Assembly (NCBI GenBank): GCA_042570105.1
Contig: JBHPHW010000001.1
Location: 19,932 to 83,931 of the forward strand
Length of the DNA: 64,000 bases
Source: Candidatus Omnitrophota bacterium
Lineage (GTDB): Bacteria > Omnitrophota > Gorgyraeia > Gorgyraeales > Gorgyraeaceae
Direction of reading: 5' to 3'
The notes under the pieces are model-generated. The model saw only the letters and a program-made list of their open reading frames with translations. It had not been told where the DNA came from and did no database searches. Positions within the stretch are counted from its first letter, which is position 1. Every line of letters begins with the position of its first letter. A program made the translations under genes and the position numbers. Positions 44,001 through 52,319 of the stretch are shown piece after piece.

Positions 44001-44637
44001 TGTTATTGAATCCAGTAAAACCAGACTCAGGCCAATACTCATGACGACCATGACTACAGTGTTAGGTCTTTTGCCTCTGGCATTGGGGATAGCCGAGGGT
44101 TCAGAGCTTCAGAGCCCGATGGCTATAACAGTAATGGGCGGACTTATTGTCTCCACTATCCTGACCCTTTTCGTGATACCGTCTCTTTATACTATTATTG
44201 CGAGCATCATTGCTCTGAGACCAGTCTTAAAGCCAGTGTATGCGGAAGCGCTCAAGCCAACTTTAGTGGGGCTAGCTATTCAAGAGGAAAGAGTGATACC
44301 ATTGCCTCCGCCGCCGCAAGTTGCGCTAGAACTACCAAAGCCAGAGTCAGAACCGCCAAAACCAGAGATAAAACCTGTGGTTCCAAAGCCGAGCATTGAG
44401 CCAAAAGAATTACCAGGCCCTGAGCCAGAAAAACCGCCTTTACAAGAGTTGAATAATCGACAGAAACAGCTAGTGGAGCATTTGAAAACAGTAAAAAGGA
44501 TCACGCGCAAAGAATACGCCAAAGTTTTTAAGATATCCGTACCAACAGCAGCCAGGGATTTAAAGGAGTTATTGGATAAAGGAATGCTTATTGCCCATGG
44601 CCCCCTGGGGCCGGGCAGGTGGTATGAGCTGAAGTGA
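41014..44637 (+). CDS. RND efflux transporter (HAE1/AcrB family) carrying a C-terminal Pro-rich linker and a cytoplasmic winged-helix DNA-binding domain.
   Basis: 12-TM AcrB architecture with two large periplasmic loops. After the last TM: PLPPPPQVALELPKPESEPPKPEIKPVVPKPSIEPKELPGPEPEKPP, then QKQLVEHLKTVKRITRKEYAKVFKISVPTAARDLKELLDKGMLIAHGPLGPGRWYEL (Fic/AlbA_2-associated wHTH-type motif ...TAxRDLKELvxKGil...G.GrgtxY.L). Confidence 0.8.
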   Translation: MRLSEFSVDRPVTISMFFLGVLMLGLISLTRLPRELFPSITYPQLTVITAYENAAPEEVETLITKIIEETVGTVSNLKRISSISKEGVSIVTAEFGWGVDMDFASLGVREKIDLIKERLPLGSTDPIVMKFNPFELPIMTLSVTGDKTPSELLRLSRKFIKDELEKVEGVAYSNISGGLEREILVSIDEGRLSASRVSITKIVEALKSSNLNYPAGTIEEHFYEYLIRTMGEFKIVPEIEKTIVGKDESEKDPRVNKASSYEQEGRARLIYLKDIAEIKDTFQERSSISRYNGKENISIAVQKQAGMNTLQVAQNVRKRLTEIRGDLPRGMDVKVVYDQSIFIKRSIRGVMKAAIQGGILAFLVLFVFLRNIKASLIVAFSMPISIMVAFSLMYFNGITLNMLSLGGLALGIGMLVDNAIVVIENIYSHFQRKKDIKESSKSGASEMQGAIFSSTLTTVAVFLPMIFVVGVAGQLFKELAFTVSFSLLASLIVALSLIPRLTAVGGRVKASDRGPLSSATASSAVSLSSAEDTKNKYFTFGLDRLYSKAIPKILKHRWPFLGGILLIFTLSIGLFTLIDKEFMPKVDQREFIIKVNMPGGTKLKVTDNVIEKIERELFDMEEPGGVAVSIGSSKKRDFTQGLETMGSHQAQIIVTLRKGKKWKATSKIVDRLKNRLDRLDLEGAEIEYILQESVFKTALQGSAPIVIEIKGKDLKKIEEVSEYVKDGLLDIKGIYGIRTSLTKPSPETKVNILKDRASLYNLSTAVIAQAAHTAIKGVVATKFKEEGREVDIKVRLRKEGRKRLSQLRNILIHSPLDIEVPLSEVAYIAQGVGPSEIKRLDQQRVVLVTANIADRALDKVILDINLLLERIEEAHIRDLDMLKDREKDIDMSLSGESREMRESFRSLRFALLLSILLVYMIMAAQFESLWQPFIIMFTVPLSLMGVFVALFLTRTPISVVVMLGFIILGGIVVNNGIILIDGINRLRAKGVELIEAVIESSKTRLRPILMTTMTTVLGLLPLALGIAEGSELQSPMAITVMGGLIVSTILTLFVIPSLYTIIASIIALRPVLKPVYAEALKPTLVGLAIQEERVIPLPPPPQVALELPKPESEPPKPEIKPVVPKPSIEPKELPGPEPEKPPLQELNNRQKQLVEHLKTVKRITRKEYAKVFKISVPTAARDLKELLDKGMLIAHGPLGPGRWYELK

Positions 44638-44650
44638 GGGCAATTTTGTT

Positions 44651-47600
44651 ATGAATCTATCCGAATTTTCAGTTAAAAGACCTATTACGATATTTATGAT
44701 ATTCCTCGGAATATTGCTGCTGGGATTCGTGTCTTTGTTGCGTCTCCCTGTAGAATTAAAGCCTAACATAGCATATGGAGATATAAGCATAATCGTGGCT
44801 GTAAGAGGAGGCATGCCTCCTCAGGAAGTAGAAGCGCTTGTTACAAAACCTATAGAGGAGGCAGTAAGCACTGTAAGTTATTTAAATAATATATATTCGA
44901 CATCGAAGGCAGGAGAGTCCAGGATATGGCTTGAATATGAACCAGGCACAAATATGGATTTTGCCGCGCTCGAGGTAAGAGAGAAATTTTCAAAAATAAG
45001 GGATAAGCTTCCGCGGGAGATAGAAAAGCCTATTATCGCACAGTATAAAGAGTCTGATATGCCGATAGTTATTTTAGCAGTCACAGGGGAAGGTTATACA
45101 CCTGAAGAGTTAAGGAAGGTCGTTGATATAGAGATAAAGGAAAGGATACTGCGCGTGGAAGGCGTTGCAAACGTCGATATCTATGGCGGCAGGGAACGTA
45201 AGATCTTAGTCGAGGTTGATAAAAATAAGCTGTATCAGTACCGGATACCCATGGAGCATGTTGTCAATCTACTCGGCGCAAATAATTTAAATCTGCTCGC
45301 AGGGGACATTGAGCGCAGAAAAAATAAATATCTTATAAGGATAATGGGAGAATTTGAATCCCTCGATGATATTAAAGATATAGGGATCACCCTCACCCCT
45401 CAGGGTTCTATTATTAAGCTTAGAGAAATCGCAAAGGTAAAGGATTCTTTTCTAGAACCCACAAATTATGCCCGGACAGATATAGAGCCTGTAGTCTCTA
45501 TTTATATACAGAAGGAGTCAACGGCAAATACACTGCAAGTAGTCTCGAGCTTACAGGAAGAGATAAGGCGCTTAAAAAGGACATTAGACAAAGACATATT
45601 AATAAAGGCTACCCTGAATCAATCAGATGCGATAAAAGAGGCTATAAACGCTGTTAAGACCTCTCTTCTTTACGGAGCGATACTAGCAGTGCTAGTCCTA
45701 TTATTATTTTTAAAAGACCTTAGGGTTACTTCGATAATAGGTGTCACGATCCCAATATCGGTCATGGCTACATTTATACTGATGTATTTTCATAAGATAT
45801 CCTTGAATGTCATGACCCTCAGCGGTCTGGCGCTTGGTATAGGGATGTTGGTAGATAATTCTATTGTAGTTTTAGATAATATAGATAAAAAGAAGAGGGC
45901 GATGAGGGCTTCTGAAAGAGATTCAAAAACAAGATATGCGGAGACAGTTGTAAATGGGGCCAACGAGATGGGCCTGGCAATATTCGCCTCTACCATAACT
46001 ACGGTAATAGTTTTTTTGCCTTTTATTTTTGTAAATAAAGCGACCCGCATGCTCTGGAGTGGGCTGGCATTGACTGTGACGTATTCTCTTTTAGGTTCTC
46101 TCTTTGTCGCATTGACACTTGTGCCCATGTTGTCAAGCCGGATAAAACTAGCGCCTTACAGCGTAAAGCCAAAAAAATCAATGTTTAAAAGGGATTTTTT
46201 TTCAAATATAAAAAGCTATTATAGGAAGATACTTGTTATTGGCCTGAAGTTAAGGTATGTATTTGTGCTTGGCTCTTTCGGGATTTTAGCGCTGGTATTA
46301 CTATTAGGATCCAGGATAGAAAGAGAGTTTATGGCAGAGGCAGAGGAAGGGCGCTTTACTATATTTGTAGAATTAGAACCAGGCGCAAAGCTTGACATAA
46401 CAGACGAGATGGCGAAGGAGATAGAGATATTAATTTCTGGTATCCAGGAGGTAAAGACCTTTACTTCACGGGTCGAGCCATGGTCAAGCAAGATATATGT
46501 GAAACTTTTGCCCCTTGCCGGTAGAAAACGCACGACTAAAGCTATTATCGAAGACATACGAACCCGGGCGCAGGCAGTTGAGCGGAAATACAAAGGAGGT
46601 TTTATCTATTTTTCAGAGATAGAAGAGAAGGGCTTAAAGGAGATCATACTGGACCTCTATGGTTATCAATATGAGATATTAAAGGAACTAGCAGTTTCAG
46701 TGGCTACCAGGCTCGGGGCTATAGAAGGTTTTGAGGATATCAGGATGTCCAGGATCAGCGGGAGACCTGAATGGGGCATTACGGTTGATAAAGAAAGGGC
46801 AGGGATGTATGGTTTGAGCGTAAAGGATATAGCTGAAACACTGCATTCTGAGATAAGGGGCTTGCGCGCTACATTATACCATACAGAGTCGAGAGAAATA
46901 GAGACCGTATCCCGTTTGAGAAAAGAAGATAGAAAGCGGCTGGATGACTTAAGAAAACTTGTCCTTTTTTCAAGCGATGGGAATCCAATACTCTTGGAAC
47001 AGGTGGCTGATTTTACGCCTCAGATAGGCGCAAGCGAGATCATTAGAAAGAATAAAATGAGGGTTGTCCATATAACGGCCCTTCTTACAAAGGACTCACT
47101 TATAAATGCCGCAAAAAAGATCAAGGAAAATATTTCTAGTATGGAGTTTCCGAAGGATTATTATTATAGGATAGGCGGTAATTATGAAAGAAATATTGAG
47201 AACGAAAAAGAACTCTGGGCGCCTCCTACGGGAGTGTTGTGGATAACAATATTTTTAGTTTATCTAGTGCTTGCCTCCCTATTTGAATCGTATGCCCAGC
47301 CATTTATTATAATGATATCGGTCCCTCTGGCAGCCATAGGAGTAATAGTCGGATTAAAGATCGCAAATAAACCGATAAGCCGCGGAGTGATCATAGGGGG
47401 CATCATGCTTGCAGGGATCGTCGTTAATAATGCGATTGTTTTAGTGGATAGGATAAATTTTTTAAGGAGGAAGAAAACGGGTGGCGGAGGACGGAGGACG
47501 GATTTATTACGCTCGCTCGTAGAAGCGGGTGAGGACCGCTTGAGACCAATAGCCATGACAACTTCAACGACTATATTGGGCCTTATCCCAATGGCATTTG

Positions 47601-47833
47601 ATAAGAGTGAGTCGGCAAATTTATGGTCCCCTCTTGCGATCACTGTGATAGGGGGGATAGCGTCTTCAACTATACTGACACTGTTTTTACTCCCCAGTAT
47701 TTATTTGGTCTTTGAAGATCTGAAGGATATAGGAGGCCGTTTACTAAGGATCCCTAATATTCTGAGACACCCTATGATTATACAGATCTCTAAGAGATTA
47801 AACATCCCGCTTCGCCAAGGGAGAAATCTCTAA
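44651..47833 (+). CDS. Second RND efflux transporter (HAE1/AcrB family), tandem paralogue (MdtB/MdtC-like arrangement).
   Basis: MNLSEFSVKRPITIFMIFLGILLLG... and the conserved TM4 region GLALGIGMLVDNSIVVLDNI, parallel to GLALGIGMLVDNAIVVIENI in the first pump. Confidence 0.85.
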   Translation: MNLSEFSVKRPITIFMIFLGILLLGFVSLLRLPVELKPNIAYGDISIIVAVRGGMPPQEVEALVTKPIEEAVSTVSYLNNIYSTSKAGESRIWLEYEPGTNMDFAALEVREKFSKIRDKLPREIEKPIIAQYKESDMPIVILAVTGEGYTPEELRKVVDIEIKERILRVEGVANVDIYGGRERKILVEVDKNKLYQYRIPMEHVVNLLGANNLNLLAGDIERRKNKYLIRIMGEFESLDDIKDIGITLTPQGSIIKLREIAKVKDSFLEPTNYARTDIEPVVSIYIQKESTANTLQVVSSLQEEIRRLKRTLDKDILIKATLNQSDAIKEAINAVKTSLLYGAILAVLVLLLFLKDLRVTSIIGVTIPISVMATFILMYFHKISLNVMTLSGLALGIGMLVDNSIVVLDNIDKKKRAMRASERDSKTRYAETVVNGANEMGLAIFASTITTVIVFLPFIFVNKATRMLWSGLALTVTYSLLGSLFVALTLVPMLSSRIKLAPYSVKPKKSMFKRDFFSNIKSYYRKILVIGLKLRYVFVLGSFGILALVLLLGSRIEREFMAEAEEGRFTIFVELEPGAKLDITDEMAKEIEILISGIQEVKTFTSRVEPWSSKIYVKLLPLAGRKRTTKAIIEDIRTRAQAVERKYKGGFIYFSEIEEKGLKEIILDLYGYQYEILKELAVSVATRLGAIEGFEDIRMSRISGRPEWGITVDKERAGMYGLSVKDIAETLHSEIRGLRATLYHTESREIETVSRLRKEDRKRLDDLRKLVLFSSDGNPILLEQVADFTPQIGASEIIRKNKMRVVHITALLTKDSLINAAKKIKENISSMEFPKDYYYRIGGNYERNIENEKELWAPPTGVLWITIFLVYLVLASLFESYAQPFIIMISVPLAAIGVIVGLKIANKPISRGVIIGGIMLAGIVVNNAIVLVDRINFLRRKKTGGGGRRTDLLRSLVEAGEDRLRPIAMTTSTTILGLIPMAFDKSESANLWSPLAITVIGGIASSTILTLFLLPSIYLVFEDLKDIGGRLLRIPNILRHPMIIQISKRLNIPLRQGRNL

Positions 47834-47839
47834 TAATGT

Positions 47840-47868
47840 TTGTTTTAAAAAAAATATTATGGTATAAT
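47840..47868 (+). promoter_or_regulatory. Sigma70-type promoter: -35 TTGTTT, 17-bp spacer, extended -10 TGgTATAAT, about 48 nt upstream of the coiled-coil/T2SS-like gene cluster.
   Basis: Read directly: tttgttttaaaaaaaatattatggtataataaaaaag. Confidence 0.4.
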
Positions 47869-47916
47869 AAAAAAGAAAAAGATAATTTTCATTCTATAAA
47901 GCAAGAGGGGTGAAAA

Positions 47917-49191
47917 ATGGATAAAACATTACGGTCAATACTGTGGATATTGATAGCATTAGTGCTAGTAAGCAGCTTTAGCACCGGCTGGTTTTTTGTA
48001 GCGAAAGAGAGACTTCATAATGAATATGTGAGTTTAGAGAGCCTTTTTAAAACCAGCACGGAGAAGTTAAACAGAGAACTTGCATCTTCGGATAAGAAAA
48101 ATATAGAACTGAGGACAAAGCTGGAGGTAGCTGAAAAAGAAATGGATTCCTTGCAATCTCAAAACAAGCGCTTAGAAGCTCAGCACAGGGAACTTTTAGA
48201 GGAAAATGATGATTTGGATAAAGAGCTTGCCACGGTGAAGAGAGGTAAATTCTCTCTCGAGGAGAGAATAAAAGATATGTCCTCAGAGAAGTTTTTGGCA
48301 GGGCTTTTGAAAGAAAAGGTCTCGCTGGAGGTGGCATTAAAAAGCTTGAAGGAAACTCTGGTGCCCAAGGATTTAGAGATAGAGGGACTGAAGAAAGATG
48401 TCGCGGATCTAAATACGGCCATTTCTAGGGTTGAAGAGGAAAAAGATTTTTTGGAGCAAAAGGTCAAGGATTCCAGCAAGGTCGCAGATATATTAAGCAG
48501 AGATCTATTGAAGGAAAAGGATAAAAGCAAAGGACATAAGCGAGAAGTCGCAAATATAAACAGAGAGAGTCGTTTTTTAAAAACCAGGATATCATCGCTC
48601 GAGCAAATCTCCGATAAGTTCAACAAGGCGCTTTTAGAGAACGAAGATATGAAATTTACGCTATCCAGTCTAAAAAGAGACCTTGAGTATAAAAGAAATG
48701 AGGTCAATGAGGTCCTCAAAGAGAGAGAAAATGAGCGGTTAAGGGTGTCTAGCCTGGAAAAAGAGCTGGAAAATAAAAGAACGGAATTCGATAGATTGAG
48801 AACTTCCATGGATCGTAAAACACAAGAACTGGAAGGATTCAGGGCTGAGGCATATCACGCTCCAGAGGAGGTAGAGTTACCCCCTATTATTTTAGAGAAA
48901 AGGGATCATGGAGCGAGTCGAGTTACTGCTTCTCCCCTTGAACAAATAACCGAGAGTCGAGCCCCAAAAGGCAGGGTCCTCACCGTAAATAGAGAATATA
49001 GTTTTGTGGTCATAGATGTGGGGATGCAGGATGGAATTAATGGAGGGGCCAACTTTAATGTCTATAGAGGCGGGACGCTTATTGGTTCCATAGAGGTGAT
49101 TCAAACTCGAGAAAGGATCTCCGCTTGTGATATAAAAGATGTAAATGAAGGATTTAAAATAGAGATAGACGATGTAATTGCAAGACGATGA
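47917..49191 (+). CDS. Membrane-anchored long coiled-coil protein with a small C-terminal beta-rich domain; possible pilus/secretion assembly factor.
   Basis: N-terminal TM ILWILIALVLVSSFSTGWFFV. About 300 aa of heptad-rich sequence (E/K/L-rich). C-terminal RVLTVNREYSFVVIDVGMQDGINGGANFNVYRGGTLIGSIEVIQ. Directly upstream of gspF/pilC-like gene. Confidence 0.4.
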   Translation: MDKTLRSILWILIALVLVSSFSTGWFFVAKERLHNEYVSLESLFKTSTEKLNRELASSDKKNIELRTKLEVAEKEMDSLQSQNKRLEAQHRELLEENDDLDKELATVKRGKFSLEERIKDMSSEKFLAGLLKEKVSLEVALKSLKETLVPKDLEIEGLKKDVADLNTAISRVEEEKDFLEQKVKDSSKVADILSRDLLKEKDKSKGHKREVANINRESRFLKTRISSLEQISDKFNKALLENEDMKFTLSSLKRDLEYKRNEVNEVLKERENERLRVSSLEKELENKRTEFDRLRTSMDRKTQELEGFRAEAYHAPEEVELPPIILEKRDHGASRVTASPLEQITESRAPKGRVLTVNREYSFVVIDVGMQDGINGGANFNVYRGGTLIGSIEVIQTRERISACDIKDVNEGFKIEIDDVIARR

Positions 49192-49194
49192 ACA

Positions 49195-50274
49195 ATGGAG
49201 CTTTTGAAAAGAAATCTACCATTCTTAAATCTCAAAAGAAGGGTCAGCAACAAATCCCTTGTAGTATTCACCAGGCAACTCTCCACGCTTATTGCCGCAG
49301 GCCTGCCGCTTGTAAAGGCGCTTAAAACTTTATACGACCAGTTAGAACAGGGCGCGCTAAAGGATATTATAAAAAACGTAGCCAATGAAGTAGAAAGCGG
49401 CACAAAATTTTCAGAAGCCCTCTCGCGTTTCCCAAAGGTATTTCCAGAATTCTATGTCAATATGATGAAGGCAGGGGAGCTTGGAGGTATGCTGGAAGGC
49501 ATCCTCAAGCGGCTTTCTGAATTTTTGGACAAGAGCCAAAAACTCAGGGACAAGATAAAATCAGCGCTTATGTATCCTGCCTTTGTGCTTATTGTAGCAG
49601 TACTTATACTTATCATGCTCATGGTATTTGTCATACCTACGTTTACAAACATGTTTTCAGAATTAGGAGGGGCGCTGCCTCTGCCCACAAAGATACTAAT
49701 TGCTACAAGCGAGATCATTAGGAAAATGTGGTATCTTATTCCTCTTATTCCTGTTGCAATAGTTGCAGCATATAAGTGGCTGGTAAGAAACCCTGACAGA
49801 AGATGTGTGGTCGACAGGCTTAAATTACATATTCCCGTAATAGGCAACCTCACGCAGCAGGTCTCGGTTTCTAGATTTTCCAGGACGCTGGGTACATTGC
49901 TTTCGAGCGGCGTGCCAATATTAAGCGCGCTTCAGACTGTAAAGGATACGGTGGGCAATGAGTTTATTGCGCGTGCGGTTCTACAAGTGCGCGACAGTAT
50001 CAAAGAGGGGGAAAGCGTATCTGGGCCGATGGAGGCCAGTAAGGCCTTTCCGCCGCTTGTTGTAAAGATGATAAATATAGGCGAAGAGACAGGAGAGCTT
50101 AATAAGATGCTTATCCAGATAGCTGATAATTTCGAAGAGGAAGTGGATGTCGCAATAAGCGGGCTCACGTCTCTTTTGGAGCCGATGCTTATAGTATTTA
50201 TGGGGCTTGTCGTAGGCTTTATTGTTATTTCGATGTTCATGCCATTATTTTCACTTGCCAAACTTATAGGGTGA
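49195..50274 (+). CDS. Type II secretion / type IV pilus platform protein (GspF/PilC family).
   Basis: Two repeated cytoplasmic domains with 3 TM segments. Motifs LSTLIAAGLPLVKALKTL and LGTLLSSGVPILSALQTV (duplicated T2SSF signature). Confidence 0.75.
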   Translation: MELLKRNLPFLNLKRRVSNKSLVVFTRQLSTLIAAGLPLVKALKTLYDQLEQGALKDIIKNVANEVESGTKFSEALSRFPKVFPEFYVNMMKAGELGGMLEGILKRLSEFLDKSQKLRDKIKSALMYPAFVLIVAVLILIMLMVFVIPTFTNMFSELGGALPLPTKILIATSEIIRKMWYLIPLIPVAIVAAYKWLVRNPDRRCVVDRLKLHIPVIGNLTQQVSVSRFSRTLGTLLSSGVPILSALQTVKDTVGNEFIARAVLQVRDSIKEGESVSGPMEASKAFPPLVVKMINIGEETGELNKMLIQIADNFEEEVDVAISGLTSLLEPMLIVFMGLVVGFIVISMFMPLFSLAKLIG

Positions 50275-50684
50275 AGAAAGTGCACCAGCCGACCAGAACA
50301 TCAGAGCTCAAGAGGGGATTTTCACTTTTAGAATTGATTATAGCGATAGGTGTATTGGCAATCGGGCTTGTAGGGGTATTGCAGATATTTCCTGTTGGTC
50401 TCAGGGCATCGTACCGTTCAGGTATGATGACAAAGGCAGCGCTTTTAGCTAAGAATAAAATAGAGGAAGTAAAGATGGCCGGCTTTCTAGTAATAATCGA
50501 GGAGCTTCCTAAGATACCGCTTTCAGGAACAGAAGGGGATTTTGACTGGGAGATATTTATAGACGAAGTTGACCTGGATGGATTGGGATCCAGTGACGAT
50601 ATCAGAAAACTTACGGTAACGGTAAGCTGGGCAGAACGCAATAAAATCAGATCGAAGGATTTTATGACCTATGTTACGCGGTAG
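50271..50684 (+). CDS. Pseudopilin / prepilin-type N-terminal cleavage-methylation domain protein.
   Basis: KRGFSLLELIIAIGVLAIGLVGV: G/F-S/T-L-x-E class III signal peptide plus hydrophobic helix. Confidence 0.7.
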   Translation: MKKVHQPTRTSELKRGFSLLELIIAIGVLAIGLVGVLQIFPVGLRASYRSGMMTKAALLAKNKIEEVKMAGFLVIIEELPKIPLSGTEGDFDWEIFIDEVDLDGLGSSDDIRKLTVTVSWAERNKIRSKDFMTYVTR

Positions 50685-51297
50685 AACATTTTTTTTACAA
50701 TCCCCTGCTTTTACCCTCATAGAGATCCTTATAGCGCTGGCTATACTTACCATGATCGTTATGTCTACCTTTGCAATCTTTAAGAGCTCATCAAGTGCAT
50801 GGCAGAAAGGTGAAACGAGGTCCGAACGTTACCACAATGCAAGGATTGCAATGGGTAAGATGGGTATGGAGATTTCTCAGGCAGTAATAAACGAGAGTGA
50901 GGTATGTAAATTTATCGGGGAAAGGAATGAAGTAAAGTTTGTTTCTTTTGTGTCGACAGCTAGCAGCGTATTTGAGCTGGTGGAGATAGAATATTGGCTG
51001 GACAAAGACGAGAGGCTTCTCATGCGCAACGAAGATATCGACCCTGATTATGACTTTTTAACGCAGGACTATAGTGATATTTTGGCTGAGAATATCTCCA
51101 AGCTAGAATTTTCATATTATGACGGTCTAATCTGGAGCTATACATGGGATTCGGATTTAGCCGGAGAGAGCGCTGAACCCCAGGAGAGTCAGGGGGGGAT
51201 TTTACCAAAGGCAGTCAAGATAAAGCTGGAAGTGGAAGATAAAAAAGGTAAAGAAAGCGAAGCATTTGAAATCATAACCCACCTCAAGACCGCTTGA
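50671..51297 (+). CDS. Pseudopilin-like protein with prepilin-type N-terminus.
   Basis: SPAFTLIEILIALAILTMIVMSTF (A-F-T-L-I-E motif then TM helix). Confidence 0.6.
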   Translation: MLRGRTFFLQSPAFTLIEILIALAILTMIVMSTFAIFKSSSSAWQKGETRSERYHNARIAMGKMGMEISQAVINESEVCKFIGERNEVKFVSFVSTASSVFELVEIEYWLDKDERLLMRNEDIDPDYDFLTQDYSDILAENISKLEFSYYDGLIWSYTWDSDLAGESAEPQESQGGILPKAVKIKLEVEDKKGKESEAFEIITHLKTA

Positions 51298-51298
51298 A

Positions 51299-52303
51299 AT
51301 GAAAATAGGCATAATCGGTTCTCCTCAAAGTGGCAAGACCACTATATTTAAGATTTTATTGCATAAAGACGTATCAGGAAATATAGGTATTTTCAAGATC
51401 ATAGATAGTCGCGTAGAAGAGATCTCTCGAATATTTTCTTCCAAGAAAACGACCTATCCTGAATTTACCTTTGTGGACCTAGGGCCTACGTCGGGTTTTA
51501 ACAAAAAGTATTTATCCCAACTGCAGGATATAGATCTATTTATATGTGTAGTAGGCGCATTCTTCAGCGAAGACCCTAAAAAAGATTTTGAAAATTCTCT
51601 TACAGATGTGATCCTCTCAGACCTGGAAGTCATACAAGATAGGATCGCGATATTAAAAAAGGGAGGTAAAAAAGGCGACATATCTCGAGAGATTAAGATA
51701 TTGGAGAAGTCCCAGGCATTTGTTTCCGAAGGCAAGCTTCTAGGGAATGCCGGGTTGGATGCGAATGAAGAGATGCTACTTTCCGGATTTATACTTTTGA
51801 GTTTGAAGCCATTGATCTTGGCGATAAACATGCCTGAAGAGGGGGCGGAGGCTTTAGGGAGTAAGATAAAACTTCTTGAGGATTACTGTAGTTCAAAGGA
51901 TATACGCTATATCCGGTTTTTTGGAAAAACAGAATCCGAACTTCTGGAATTGGGATCAGAGGAAAGGAAAAAATTTTTGATAGAGTTAGGGCCCGGTTAT
52001 AACTTCAGAGAAGATGTCTCGAGATTAATATCCAAAGAGCTGGACCTTCTCACATTTTTTACGACAGGGGAAAAGGAAACGCGAGGATGGTATTTAAAAT
52101 CAGGCTTGCCTGTGATAGAGGCAGCTGGTAAAATCCATTCTGATATGAAGAGGGGTTTTATAAGGGCAGAGATTGTAAATTATGAAGATTTTATTAAACA
52201 TGGTTCGATGCATAAGGCACGAGAGGCAGGTGTATTAAAAGTAGAAGGGAAGGATTATATAGTCAGGGACGGGGATATGGTCAATGTGAGATTTAACGTG
52301 TAA
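51299..52303 (+). CDS. ychF: Ribosome-binding ATPase YchF (Obg-family P-loop NTPase with TGS domain), short N-terminal variant.
   Basis: P-loop IGIIGSPQSGKTT. C-terminal TGS region AAGKIHSDMKRGFIRAEIVNYEDFIKHG...VEGKDYIVRDGDMVNVRFNV is collinear with E. coli YchF [24 protein letters not shown]...GKDYIVKDGDVMNFLFNV. Confidence 0.8.
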   Translation: MKIGIIGSPQSGKTTIFKILLHKDVSGNIGIFKIIDSRVEEISRIFSSKKTTYPEFTFVDLGPTSGFNKKYLSQLQDIDLFICVVGAFFSEDPKKDFENSLTDVILSDLEVIQDRIAILKKGGKKGDISREIKILEKSQAFVSEGKLLGNAGLDANEEMLLSGFILLSLKPLILAINMPEEGAEALGSKIKLLEDYCSSKDIRYIRFFGKTESELLELGSEERKKFLIELGPGYNFREDVSRLISKELDLLTFFTTGEKETRGWYLKSGLPVIEAAGKIHSDMKRGFIRAEIVNYEDFIKHGSMHKAREAGVLKVEGKDYIVRDGDMVNVRFNV

Positions 52304-52319
52304 TTAGGAGGTATGTTAT

